DNA from: Hypanus sabinus
Lineage: Eukaryota
Direction of reading: 5' to 3'
DNA length: 64,000 nt
Assembly: GCF_030144855.1 (NCBI RefSeq)
Contig: NC_082731.1
Location: 10,168,001 to 10,232,000, forward strand
The notes under the pieces were generated by a model. The model searched no databases. It was not told the DNA's origin and saw only the letters and a list, made by a program, of their open reading frames with translations. Below, piece by piece: positions 1 through 13,290 of the stretch; the first letter of the stretch is position 1, and every line of letters starts with the position of its first letter. The position numbers and the translations under genes are program-made.

Positions 1-400
1 AGCATATGCAGTTCTGATAAGAAATACACAGCACTAAATTAAAATGAGAGCACAACCCAGAAAAACAAATGGAATTATTGCTACTGAAGAAAAAGTCTTA
101 CCAATGGAAGAGTAAGACTTTCAATGGAAGACATCCCTGCAATCTGAGCAGACTAAATGTGGACAAGACTATACATTGTCCCAATAGTAATATCTGCAAC
201 TGCTATCATCCCAAAGTACTACTCAAAATTATTAAGCAATTAGGCCCATATCAACAATATCTCTGTAAACCTGCAGAAAGCCACAATACTAAACACCACT
301 AGGATAGTCTAAAAGTCCCTCACAATAGATAAATGAGTGTGTTGGGCTATGCTCGTACATCAGTTTATACCAACATGGGCAGAACAGAAAATTAAAAATA
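1..400 (+). mobile_element. R4/Rex6-like non-LTR retrotransposon fragment (internally deleted 3' end)
   Basis: Post-RT motif (YQWKSKTFNGRHPCNLSR) joins directly at ~165 to the extreme C-terminus of the restriction-like endonuclease region (YIVPIVIS ... NLQKATILNTTRIV), then a 3' UTR. Confidence 0.6.
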
Positions 401-519
401 TAGCAAAGATAATAATTTACTGACTCTGAAGAAAATAGAGCATCAGATGAAAGCCAACCAAACAAATAATACCTTGATTCACTTTTCTATACACGGACGA
501 TTTTAAATTAAATGCTCTT

Positions 520-1900
520 TCATCAATACAGCTAAATTGGTTAATTCAGATTGTAGAACGATTTCCTAAAGATATGAACATGAACTTTGAAGTAGCTAAA
601 TGCAGAACATTATACATATAGCAAAGTGCAATAGGGCTAGTAGAATATATAAAAAAGTGAAACAGGAAACAATACTACCAATGGGATATCAACAAGCAAG
701 CAAAGAAAGAAGATTATAGTGCGATAGAGGGAAAATTATCGACATAATTTACTTCAAGGTTTAAGAAAATTTGTTAAAAAGAGCTCAATAGTAAAAGTAT
801 AAGAAAGACAATAAACACTTTTGCTATACCCATATTAACGTTTACTGTTGGTACAATAAACCGATCTGAAAAAAAAATTACAAAGAAAAATGAAAACTGA
901 AAGGACAAATGTTACAAAACACAATATACACTCGAACACCTAGGATAGAAGGAGGAAGAGGAATAACAGAACTAAAAATTCACACAACAATCCGATAACA
1001 CAGGATTCAGCACTCCATGTGATCATATTCAATTCTGGTAAGAAGTACCGTGTACACCATTAACTTCAGTGAAAGAACAACCCCATACAAATGAAAATAA
1101 AAATCACTACAGACCTCTATAACGCTCCGTGGAAGACATCTGCACAATATGAGAAAACAGATGTCAACAGGGAAACATCGAACGGCTGGCTCAGAGATGG
1201 AGATCTGTTTCCAGAAGCAGAAGGATTCCTTGTGACAATACACGTCCAAGTGGCAAACACAGAAAAAGATCAAAGATGCATAATAAAAAATCAACAAGTA
1301 AAAGGCAATAAATTTCAAAAATGCTAACAGAAAAAATCCAACATATTACAGAATCCTGCAGCAGCTTAACACAATTTCATTACAATCATGGGGAAAATAT
1401 CATTCATCAATCTTGCTTTAAAATTCAAACTCATAAAAGACATTATTCTTTTTCACAAATGAAAGGCTGATACAATTTTAGATCCAGAGTCCTAAAATAA
1501 TATTATAATCGATACATTATTACAGATATGACAATCTATATATACCATCCGGATCTAATTTTACAGAGAAACAAGCAGGAACAACTTATAGCCATTCCAA
1601 ACACACTCAACATACAGAAATCTAGAAGAGAAACACAACAGAAATATGCTGAATTAAAAGAGCAAATTGAAACATGAACATGATTATGTCCCAGAGTAAC
1701 ACCTACATCTGTTATCTTCCCAAGGTCACGATTCCCAAATCCTTAGACTTATTTGGCAATATTTATTTAAATCTCCAGAAAGACACAATACTAAACAACC
1801 CTAGAAGACTCTGAAAGTTCTCAGCAATTGAGAGATGAATGCGTTTGGTGATGTCCTCACCTCACGTTTTGCCAGACTAAGCTGAGGAAAAATAAAAACT
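520..1900 (+). mobile_element. R4/Rex6-like non-LTR retrotransposon, decayed ORF (RT end, zinc-knuckle region, REL endonuclease)
   Basis: Broken frames give INTFAIP, NGWLRDGDLFPEAEGFLVTI, Cys/His knuckle remnants and a PDLIL...IAIP endonuclease core. It ends in the same C-terminal motif as the 1-400 fragment. Confidence 0.65.
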
Positions 1901-1919
1901 TTAAATATCAATAAGAAAT

Positions 1920-2580
1920 AAATTTCAAGAAATCGAATTGTAGAGTCCTTAAAAGTGCATCCGTAGGTTGTGGAATTAGTACATTGTGGGGTGAATGAAA
2001 TTATTCCTACTGGTTCAAAAGCCTGATGGCGAAGTATTCCTGAACCTGGTGGTACTTCCTTCCTGCAGGCAGCAGGGAAAAGAGAGCAAGGCCGGGATGG
2101 TGCTGATGCTCGATGATGGATGCTTCTTTGCTGCAACAGTACTCCTTACAAATGCGCTCAGTGGTGGGGAGGGTTTAACTGTGATGGACCGGGAGATATC
2201 CAGTACCTTTTCAAGTATTTTCTATCCATTCAAGCGCATTATTGATCCCATACCAGGCAATCATGCACACATTCAGTAGAAGTTTTATCTATAGATGTTT
2301 ATCAATGTTTTAGATGACATGCTGTATCTGGAAATCCTCTAAGAAAGTAGACCTGTTGGCACGCCTTCTATGTAATGGCACTGACATGCTGGACCCAGGA
2401 TATATCCTTTGGAATGATAAATGAGGAATTTAAAGATGCTGTCTCAGGCCACCTCTGATGACAACTGGCCTATGGAACTCTGTTTACCTTCTCCTGTAGT
2501 CTCTGGTCTGGGTGACATTGCAGGAGAGGATGTTGTTCTGGCACCACTCAGCCAGATTCTCAATCTTCCACCGATATGCT
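1920..2580 (-). mobile_element. Rex1/Babar-type LINE, 3' part (host of the Gypsy insertion)
   Basis: Antisense 3'-end sequence typical of Rex1/Babar (ttcaaaagcctgatggc...cctgaacctggtgg). The element continues on the far side of the LTR element. Confidence 0.6.
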
Positions 2581-2585
2581 GATTC

Positions 2586-2961
2586 TGTTACACGGGGGCG
2601 ACGGAGGAGAACCCAAGTACAGGACACTGGCTTGTCGACTCAGTTGGGGAGGCTCACGTAGACTCGAACGTAGAGCAGGAACCCAGGGGGGTATTGAAAA
2701 GGAGATGGGATTCACAGGGACTCTAGAACTAGAGCGGAACTTAGAATTATCGGTTCTAATTGGAACAGGGAACAAAGTATCACACAAGAATTGACCAATG
2801 AACTGGCAACCTTTGATAGGGTCCTCCTCGTTTTTATTTCCCAGTCTCTGATTGAAAACCAGACGTACGGTAATTGGGTAACTAGCAGCAATTGACTGAA
2901 ATTGGGGCATGATTAGGGAGAAAGAAGTGTTAAATGCGAACGGCCGACAGGAACCATGACA
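2586..2961 (-). repeat. 3' LTR of the Gypsy element (376 bp)
   Basis: TGTTAC...TGACA. Direct repeat of 7087-7459, roughly 10% diverged by eye. The polypurine tract lies next to it at 2962-2990 (G-run on the minus strand). Confidence 0.95.
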
Positions 2962-5900
2962 GAACCGCCCCCACCATCCCCCCCCCCCCGGCACGCTTAA
3001 TGGGAGCCTCCCGGCGTTCCTCCAGGCCTGTCTGGGTGGTCCCGTTGGAAGTCCTGGATGAGGGAAGGGTCTAGGTAAAGGAGCGGGGGACCCAGGAACG
3101 TTATTCAGGACCGTACCCCTCCTAGTCCACCAGGTACTGGAGGTCCTTGCCCCGACGCGCGCATCTAGCAGTCGTCGGTCGGTGTATGCCGGATGGTTGT
3201 TGACGAGCCGGGCAGGGGGAGGAGTCTCAGTTGGGGGACACATAGGGCTGACGGAGACTGGTTTCAACTGAGATATATGAAAGTTTAGGTGAAAAAGCAT
3301 GGACTTAGGCAGCGTGAAGCGGACCGCTGTGGGTTTGATAATCCGTTCGACCTTGAATGGTCCCAGGAAGCAGGGGAGGGGGGCGAGTTTCCTAGGTTCG
3401 CATTTGAGCGGTATGTCCTTTGGCGGAAAGCCACACCATCTGCCCCGGTTGGTACTCTGGTGCTGGAGTCTGGTGTCGGTTGGCCGTTTTCTCATTTCGT
3501 TTTGTCGATCTGAGTAGGGCCGTGAGAGTCTCCTCCCAGACCTTCCGGCACCGGTCAACATGGTCCCGAACCGACGGTACCAGGATCTCTTCTTCCTGAG
3601 GGGGGAACAGCGGGGTTGGTACCCAGGGTAACACTCGAAAGGGGACATCCCAATGGCAGAGCTCACCAGGAAGTTGTGGGCATACTGAACCCACGGGAGA
3701 TGGTCGCTCCAGGTTGACGGGTGGTTTGCCGTTACGCAATGTATCGTCGCCTCCAGGTCTTGATTGACCCGTTCCATCTGCCCGTTCGTCTGGGGGTGGA
3801 AGCTGGATGACAAGCTGGCCATTGCTCCTAGGACTCGGCAGAAAACTTTCCATACCTGCGAGATGAACTGGGGACCCCGATCGGAGAGGATGTCCGCGGG
3901 GATTCCGTGGAGGAGGAAGACGTGGCGGACTAGAAGATCTGCGGTTTCCTGCGAGGATGGGAGTTTATGGAGTGCCACAAAATACACCGCCTTGGAGAAT
4001 CGGTCTACCATGGTGAGGACAGTTGTGTTTCTGCGGGAAGGGGGTAGACCGGTGACGAATGCTAGGGCGATGTGCGACCAGGAACGACCAGGGATGGGTA
4101 GAGGCCGAAGTAGATCCGCCGGTAGTCGATGAGAGGCCTTTCCCCGGGCACAAATAGAACAAACCAAGACATAAGAGCGGGTGTCCCCCTCCATGGACGG
4201 CCACCAGAAGTATCTCCTCAGGAGAGCCAGGGTCCGATCACTCCTGGGGTGGCAGGCGAACTGGGATGCATGTCCCCATTGGTTTACCTGAGACCTGACG
4301 GAGGCTGGCACTTACAAGCGATCGCTGGTGAATCCAGGATCGGCGTCGTCCTGCCGGGCTTCTCTTACCTTCACCTCGATTTCCCAAAAGAAGGTGGCCA
4401 CAACGCAGGTTGGAAGGAAGATCGTCACGGGACTGGTGGTGTACTCCTTGGAGTCATGTTGACGGGATAGCGCGTCCAGCTTCCCGTTCTTGGATCCTGG
4501 ACGGTATGCGAGGGTAAACTGGAAACGTCCGAAAACAATGCCCAACGGGCCTGACGGGAATCCAGTCGCTTGGCGGTCTTAATATACTCCAAGTTCTTAT
4601 GTTCCGTCCATACCACGAACGGGTATTCTGCCCCCTCCAACCAGTGCCTCCATTCTTCTAGGGCTAGTTTTACCCCCAGTAGTTCCCGATTCCCCATGTC
4701 GTAATTTCGCTCGGCGGGGACAGTTGGCAAGAGTAGAAGGCGCAGGGGTGCAGCTTTTTGTCTGAACTTGCCGGTTGGGATAGGACCGCTCCCACCCCGG
4801 AGACGGAGGCGTCCACTTCCACGATGAATTGACGGGGTGAACTAGGATGGGGGCAGTGGTGAAACGCTGCTTCAGATTGGTGAATGCAGGGTCAGCCTCG
4901 GGATCCCAGCAGAATGGTGTGGTGGGCGAGGTAAGCCGGGTAAGGGGGGCCGCCACCTGACTGTAGTTTCTGATGAACCGGCGATAGAAGTCCGCAAACC
5001 CCAGGAACCATTGGAGTTGCTTGCGGGCCGTGGGTTTGTGCCACTCCTATACAGCCCGGATCTTCTCGGGATCAGCTCTCACCTGTCCCCTCTCGATTAT
5101 ATACTCCACGTACCTAACCGAGGAGACGTAGAATTCGCATTTCTCCGCCTTCACGAATAATTTATTCTCCTCCAGCCTCTGCAGGACTTGATGGACATGG
5201 TGCACGTGTTGCTGAGGATTTCCGGAAAAGATCAGGATGTCATCCAGGTAGAGAAACACGAAGAGGTTAATGAAGTCTCTTAGAACATCGTTAATCAAGC
5301 CTTGTAAAACGGCGGAGGCATTGGTAAGGCCGAAAGGCATGATAGGTACTCGAAGTGGCCTAAAGGGGTATTGAAAGCCGTCTTTCTCTCGTCCCCTTTC
5401 TTTATCTGGACCAAATGGTAGGCGTTTCGGGACTCCAACTTCGAGAGTTTATGAAGTGGCTGGAACGCAGAACTTATAAGAGGCAGTGGGTACTTGTTCT
5501 TAATGGTGATATGGTTTAGGCCTCGGTAGTCGAGGCAGGGGCGGGGAGCCAAATCTTTCGCCCCACAAAGAAGAACCCTGCGCCCACCGGGGAGGATGAG
5601 GGTCGAATAATGCCCGCTGCGAGAGACTCACTAATATATTTCTCCATGGCTTCGTTCTCAGGCCGGGACAAGTTATACAGGCGACTGGTAGGTAACGAGG
5701 CCCGGGGAGAAGGTCGATAGCGCCGTCATACGGGCGGTGCGGGGGTAGGGAAAGGGCCCGCTGTTGCTGCACACCTGTTCTAAGTCGTGGTACTCCTTGG
5801 GGACAGGGGACAAGTCAAGGGGTTCCAAAACTGGTAGGTCACTGCAATTTTTCTGGGAGACAGGACCGACCGCAGACAGTTGGTATGGCAGGACGGGCTG

Positions 5901-7086
5901 CATTCGGCTATCCTTCCGGTACACCAGTCATTACGGGGATTGTGATGGGTCAGCCATGGGTACCCTAGGACTACCGGGGCTCGGGGTAACTGAATTAGGC
6001 TGAAACATACTTCCTCCAGATGGTTGCCGGAAAGAATCAAGGTCAGGGGCGGCGTACAGTGGGTCACCCGAGCAAGCAGTTTCCCGTCCAGGGACCGGGC
6101 CTCCGGGGGGTGGTCAATGGCTCCCGCAGTATTCCGACCTCGGTGGCTGAGGAGAGCCGGTTGCGTCCCAGCTGCATCGGTCCCTCACTCAGGGGGGTGG
6201 GGATAGGGATAGCAGCAGCCACACGGGGAGCGACTGGAGAAGGGGATCTCTCTGACGCGGGCAAGGTGGACAGGGGACTTCCTCGAGGACCGGGACGACT
6301 GGTCTTCGCTCTTTGAAGTTCCTGAAGCCGATTGTCTGATCGGATGGCCAGCGAGATCAGAAAGTCCACCCAGTCCATGTCGTCTCTCGTGGCCAACTCA
6401 TCCTTGATCTGATCCGAGAGGCCTTGCCGAAACACCTCTCATAGGGCCTCGTCAATCCACACGGAGTCTGCGGCCAACGTTCTGAACTCAATGGAATACT
6501 TGGCTATACTTCACGAAGCCTGAAGAAGGGTAAGCAGCCGTCTCGCGGCGTCCTTACCGCGAATGTATTGTTCGAGAACCTTCCTCATTTCTGCGACAAG
6601 GAGGGGTAGGTGGAACAAACCTCCGGCTAGTTATCCCACACTGCTTTTGCCCAAGCCAAGGCTTCCCCTCGTAGCAACACCATGATGTACTCTATCTTCG
6701 ATCTGTCAGAAGCGTAGGTACGTGGCTGCAGATCGAAAACCAGGGAGCATTGGAGCAGAAAGACCCGGCACCTGCCTAGGTCCCCGGCGTAGGGTTCAGG
6801 CTCGGGCACAGACGGTTCTCGAGGGGATGGGATTGTGGATTCTGAGGCCGAAGCCATCCCGAGCGGCGCGGTTTAGGTATCTGGGGATCTTGGAGGGGGC
6901 GGGGAGGCCAAAGCAGAGATCCGGTCCATCCGTTCACTGACCTTCTGCACGTTCATGTTTAGCGTCCGAAGGTTGTCTGTAATCTCCCGAAGCATTTGAT
7001 CATGCGCGCCCAACAGGTAGCCCTGGCTGTTCAGAGCCTCTTGTACGAGATCCGTGACTACTTGGTTCATAGTGGCCACTTCGTTC

Positions 7087-7459
7087 TGTTACACGGGGGC
7101 GACGGAGGAGAACCCAAGTGCAGGACACTGGCATGTCGACTCAGATGGGGATGCTGGCGTAGACTTGAACGTAGAACAGGAAACCAGGGGAGCTTGACAA
7201 GGAGACGGGATTAACAGACACTCTCGAGAACTAGAGCAGAACTTAGAATTACCGGTTCTAATCGGAACAGGGAACGAAGTATCACAAAAGAATTGACCAA
7301 CGAACTGGCAAACGAGGATCGTCCTCGTTTTTATTTCTCAGTATTTTATTGAAAACCAGATGTACGGTAATTGGGTAACTAGAAGCAATTGGCTGAAATT
7401 TGGGGCATGATCAGGGAGAAAGAAGTGTTAAAGGGGAACGGCCGACCGGAACTATGCCA
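7087..7459 (-). repeat. 5' LTR of the Gypsy element (373 bp)
   Basis: TGTTAC...TGCCA. On the minus strand it is followed by a non-tRNA primer site GAACGAAGT (7086-7078). Confidence 0.95.
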
Positions 7460-7464
7460 GATTC

Positions 7465-8500
7465 GTCTGATGTTTGATTGGAGCCACAACATTACTCTGA
7501 TCATCAAACTTAAATCTGTACTTGCAGCTGACTTATCCTCACAGTCATGAGCATAGGTAAGAAGATCAGGAAGATAAGCACACATTCTTATGGTGTACCT
7601 GTCCTGATGGTAATTGCGGAGGAGATGCTGTTGTTAATCACCATTGACTGAGGTCTGCAGATGAGGAAATCAAGGATCCAGTTGAACAAAGAGGTACTGA
7701 GACCTTGGTTGGTTTTGTGCTTATTGATTAGTTTTGAGAGGTTGGTGGTGTTTAATGCAGAGCAGTAATCAAAGTTGAGCATCCTGATGTACAGTATGCA
7801 TTTTCAATGTCCTGACGGTTCACGGTTGGGTGAAGGACCAATGAATGGCATCTGCTGTTGAACATTTGTGATGGTAGGTAAATTGGAATGGATCCAAGTT
7901 GTTTCTCAGGCAGGTGTTGATATGAGTCATTGCCAATCTGTCAAAGCACTCCATGATAGTGGATGTACAGACGACTGCCGAACAGTCATTAAGGCAAGTT
8001 GCCACATTCTTCCTGGTGATATAAATGAATCCTACTTGAAGTAGCTGGATACCACAGACTGACGAAGCAAGAGGTTAAAGACCAGTGAACATTCCGGCTA
8101 ATTGAATATCACCGGCTAATTGAATATCACAGGTCTTCAGTACTCGGCCATGTACTGAAGAATCTGCTCCAAATGCTTTCCTGGAGTTCACCTGCGTGAA
8201 GGATGCTCTCACATTGGTCCTGGCTGCTAGAACTGCAGATTTACCGATGGTGTTTTGTCAGTCAAAGCGAACATAAAAAGCATCTGGTACTGAAACATTG
8301 TTGTCACATACGTCACTCTGTTTCACTTTGTTGGAAATGATATCATTCAAACCTTATGACAACTGTTAAAGATGCTTCTGTGATTCACGTTCTGTCATGA
8401 AATGCCACTTGGCATGGGAGATGGCTTTTCTGAGATTGTATCTGGACCAAATATTTTTATTTTGTCACAGACCTGAATGCCACTTATCTGGCCCAGAGCA
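7465..8500 (-). mobile_element. Rex1/Babar-type LINE, RT part (continuation of 1920-2580)
   Basis: Minus frames give STIMECFDRLAMTHI, DPFQFTY, DYCSALNT, NWILDFLICRPQ, IRTGTP, which are Rex1/Babar RT motifs. Confidence 0.8.
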
Positions 8501-9199
8501 GATTGTGGATCTGTTGGCTCATCCAGTGCTTCTGCTTTACGAAAGCTCTGAATGATTTTGTGGGGACAGACTCGTCCACGACTCTCGTCATGTCTGATGA
8601 ATCCCTGAACATTCCTGAACCTACCTGAAGCAGTCCTGGTTTCTAGGGACGGACCATCTCTTTGTGGCCCTTACCTCTAGAATCTTGATTTTTAATCTCT
8701 GCCTGCAGACAGAACAGCCAGATGATCAGATTTCCCTAAATGCACATCATGGCAAATATCATCAGATGGTTGATATCAAATATCATCAGATGTTTTTTAA
8801 TAGAAAAAAAATCATTTATGATGTATGGCTTATCTTTAAATTTTTGATTATAGACTGTTATACTTTTATGTGTTATGCTATAACATTTTGATCAATCTTA
8901 TTACAATATATGAATGTACACAAGTTATGTTGAGCAGTATCTATGTGTTGCATCTGTAAATCTTGTTTTTTTTAATGAAAATATAGTAAAAAGAAAAAGA
9001 AAGATAGTTAATGGCAAAGAGTGTTATGAAGAACGCCTCCAAATATTTGTAAATCTTTGTACATGTTTGTTTTCATTTGTCTATTAGTAATTACTTTTTT
9101 TACCTGGCACTAAATAAAACCCCTTGCACCAACATGCTGTTACGGCTTACAGCTTTTATTCCCAACTGGTAACCCTCATTGAGCAGGCTTATCCATACC

Positions 9200-11050
9200 T
9201 GATACTGAGGTATGACAAAGAGCTTTCCCTGAAAGACCATTTACAAATATTAAGATGCCAGAGTGGTGAATAGAAGAGGAGGGAAGGTGGTGAGGAAATT
9301 CTGGATGTCGGAGAAATTGATATTCATGGAAGCTATTTAGACGGAATATGAAGTCTTGCTCTTCCACGTGAGAGGGGCCTCAGTATGGCAGGAAAATATG
9401 CCTGGATCGATACAGCAGAACAGGAGTGGTGGTAGGACCTAAAATGGTTGGCCATGACAAGTTTTGCTTTCTGCGGATAGACTAGAGTTACTCAACATAG
9501 GGGTCCCCCAATCTACTGTACATCAGTTCTCAACAATATAGAGAAGGTCAAACTGTGAGTTGCAGATATGCTAGTGAAATTTTGCCTCACTTGGAAGTAC
9601 TGATTGGGGCTCAGAACAGAGAGGGCCAAATCGACAAGAGAATCTGAGTGAGAGGAAATCCTTGCTGAAAGTTGGGGGGTGGGGGAAGTAAAGATGTGTT
9701 TGTTGTTTAGGTTAAGTTTAGGATGCCAGAAGTTATGAAGAATTATGTGCTGGATGCGGAGTCTTATAGGATGGTAGGGGAGAACAAGAGGATCTCTATC
9801 GCTGTTAAGGTGGTCAGAAGATGGGATGAGCACAGATGACTGAGAAAGGGAGGGGATGTTGGTGAAGGAAGCAACTATTTTGGAGGAAGTGAAACATCTG
9901 TGATGTCCTGGAATGGAAAGTCACATGCTCGGAACAGACGTAGTGGAAATGAAATACCTGATAATGGGAATGTCATTTTTACAGGTGCCAGTCTGGGAAG
10001 AAGTATTGTCAAGATAGTTGTGGGAATTAGTAGGTTTATAAAAGATATCTGCAGACATTTTGTCTCCTGATGTGATGATAGAGAGATTCTGGAAGGAGTG
10101 ATAGGTGTCAGAAATGAACTAAGTGAATTTAAGTGCAGGGTGAAAGTTGGAGGCAAAGTTTATGGAATTTTCAAGCTCAGCAGCACCAATGCAGTCATCA
10201 ATGTACGGCAGAAAGTATTGGGCAAAATTACCAGAGAAGGGTTGGAATATGGACTGTTCCATGTAGCCAATGAATAGGAAGGGACATTTGGGGCCTATGC
10301 CAATGCCCGTAGTTACATATTGAGTTTGAAAAATAAATGGAAGGAGCCAAAAGAGAAGCTATAGAGGGTGAAGTCCGATTCCATCAGATGGAGGAGAGTG
10401 AAGGTAGAGAGGAACTGGTCAGGACTGATAGCAAGAATGATGCAGAGGGCTTTAAGGCCTTATTGAGGGGGGATAGAAGTATATAGAGATTGAACATTCA
10501 TGGTAAAAATGAGTGATCAGGCCACGTAATTTTAAGTTGCTGACAAGATCAACAGCAATATGACGGATGTATGTGAGAAAGAACTGAACCAAGGGGAATA
10601 AATTAGCATTGAGAAATGGGGACACGAGGTCAGTGAGGTAGAAGTAAGTAGAAACGATGTGCTCACACAGAGAGTCAGGTTTGTGGACCTTGGGTACGAA
10701 GTACAAATGAGAAGTGCGGAGTCAATGGACAACAATGTTCTTGGCAGTGGACTGGAGATCTTAAGAGTTGATGAGGTTGGTGATATTATAGGAGATAATG
10801 TCTTGATTGCCTTGAGTGTGGTTCTTTTCTCTGGGTAAGTAAGACAGGGGGCTGAGAGGAGAGTTGCCTCATCAAGGTAGAGCTCAGTCCTAAACGCGAT
10901 AACAGCACTCCTTTGTCTGCAGTTTTGATGGTGAGATTAGTATTGCTGCGGAAAGTGGACGGCAGTGAGTACAGAGGGCGTAAGGTTCAAAAAGGACAAT
11001 GGAGTGCTAAAGATGTGCGGATTGGTGGATCATGGGTAACTAGAGCTGAA
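9200..11050 (-). mobile_element. Penelope-like element, decayed RT and linker
   Basis: YFVPKVHKPD (PKIHK RT motif) and LVLPYHPIRLRIQHIILHNF, characteristic of vertebrate Penelope-like elements. Confidence 0.75.
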
Positions 11051-11099
11051 AACATCCAGAACAGGCAGAAACGCGGAGCTGTGTCCGAGAAAATAGAGC

Positions 11100-13290
11100 A
11101 CAGAACATAGAAATTAGAACATAGAAATCTACAGCACATGATGTTCTTCGACCCACAATATCGTGCCGACTATTTAACCTACTCTAGAAGCTGCCTAGAA
11201 TTTTCCTACAGCAGGAAATTGTTCTAAACTCCAGGTACCCATCTAACAGGCTCTTAAAAGACCTCTACCAGCATTACTAGCAATGCATTCCACTCACCCA
11301 CCATTCTCTGGGTGAAGAACGTACCTCTGACATACCCTCTATATATACTTCCAAGCATTTTAAAACTATGCCCCCTCATGTTTGCCATTTCATCCCTGTG
11401 AAAAAGCCTTTGGCTATGCAGATGATCAATACATCTCGTCGTATTATACACCTCTGTCAGTTCACCTCTTATCCTCCATCACTCCAAGGAGAAAAGGCCA
11501 ATTTCACTCAACCTGTTCTCACAAGACACGCTCTCCAATCCAGGAAACACCCCTTAAATCTCCTTTGCACTCTTTCTATAGTATTCGCATCCTTCTTGTA
11601 GCGAGGTGGCCAAAACTGAACACAGTACTCGAAGCGGGGTCTAACCAAGATCTAATATAGCTGCAACATTACTTTACTGCTCTTGAACTCAATCCCATGG
11701 TTTATGAAGGCCAACACATTATAAACCTTCTTAAAAACACTGTCAACCTGCACATCAGCTTTGAGTATCCTATGGACAGGGAGCCCAAGATCTCTTTGAT
11801 CCTCTACACTGCCAGGAGTCTAAACATTAACATTATATTCTGTCTTCAAATTTGAACTACCTAATGAACAACTTCACACCTATCTGGGTTGAACTCCATC
11901 TGCCACTTCTCAGCTCAGTTGTACATCCTATCGATGTCGCACTGTAACCTTTAACAACCCTCCAGACTATCCACAATGTCCCCACCTTTTGTGTCATCAG
12001 CAAACTTACTAATCCACTCTTCTACTTCCTCATCCAGGTAATTTATAAACATCACAAAGAGGAGGGGTCCCAGAACAGATCCCCGCAGAACACCAGTCAG
12101 ATCCAACCTCCATGCAGTATACGAGCCATCTAGAACCACCATAGGCCTTCTGTGGCAAAGCAATTCCGGATCCACAAAGCAAGGTCTCTTTGAATCCCAT
12201 GTCTCCATACATTCTATATTAACCTTTTATGAGGAACCAACTCAAATGCTTACTGACATCCATATACTTCACATCCACTGCTCTATCTTCACCAATGTGT
12301 TTTGCTACATCCTCAAAGAATTCTATCAGGCTCGTAAGGCAAGGCCTGCCCTTGACAAAGTCATCCCGTCTATCTCTGATCAGATTATATCTCTCCAAAT
12401 GCTCATAAATCATGCCTCTCAGGATCTTCTCGAAAAACTTGCCCACTAATGAATTAAGACACTAGTCTATAATTTCCTGGGTTATCTTTACTCCTCTTCT
12501 TAAACAAGCGAACAACATTTGCAACCCACCAGTCCTCTGGTATTTCTCTCATCCTTACTAATGATGCAAAGATCATTGCCAAAGGTTCAGTAATCTTCTC
12601 CCTCACTACCAACAGTAACCTGGACTACATCTCATCCGGACGCGGCGACTTGTCTAACATAATGATTTTCAAAATCTCCAGCACATCCTCTTTCTTAATA
12701 TCTGTATGCTTAAACATTTCAGTCCGCTTTAAGTCTTCCGCACAACTGCCAAGATCCTTTTCTCTGGTGAATACTGAAAGAAAGTATTCATTAAGTACCT
12801 ACACTACCTCCTCCGACTTCATGCACGTGTTTCCACTATCGCACCTTATTGGTCTTATTCTGACATGGTTTATCCTCTTCCTCTTTGCATACTTAAGAAT
12901 GCCTTGGGAATTTCCTTAATGCTGCTTGCCAAGTCATTCTTATGGCCACTTTTAGCTCTCCTAATTTCATTCTTAAGCTCTTTCCTGGTAACCTCGTAAT
13001 TTTCTACCGCTCTAACAGTAACTAGTTTCTTGAAACTTTTGTAAGGTTTTCGGCTTAACTAGATTTTATAGATCCTTTGTACACCTTGTTTATTTTACTC
13101 TACCTACTTTTCCCTGCCTCAATGGAAAATACTAATGAAGAACACCATGCAAATATTCTCTGAGCTTTTCTCTGAGAACATCTGGTCGCAACTTATGCTC
13201 CCAAGTTTCTGCCTAATAGTACCCTATGTCCACCTACCCCAATTAAATGTTTTCCCAAATTGTCTAACCCTATCCATCTCCAGCACTATG
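11100..13290 (-). mobile_element. CR1-type LINE fragment
   Basis: [42 protein letters not shown]. Tail repeat (tagaaca)n at ~11100. Confidence 0.9.

Larger units (their letters stand above)
2586..7459 (-). mobile_element. Full-length, decayed Ty3/Gypsy chromovirus (Tf1/sushi group) LTR retrotransposon
   Basis: Two TG...CA LTRs (2586-2961, 7087-7459) with an identical GATTC 5-bp TSD (2581-2585, 7460-7464). Frameshifted gag (6064-7079), protease (~5780-6067), RT ([34 protein letters not shown]), RNase H ([25 protein letters not shown]), integrase (H-H-C-C, SDRGPQFISQVW, HPQTNGQMER) and chromodomain (~3050-3200, QYLVD*EGYGPE*RSWVP). Confidence 0.97.
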
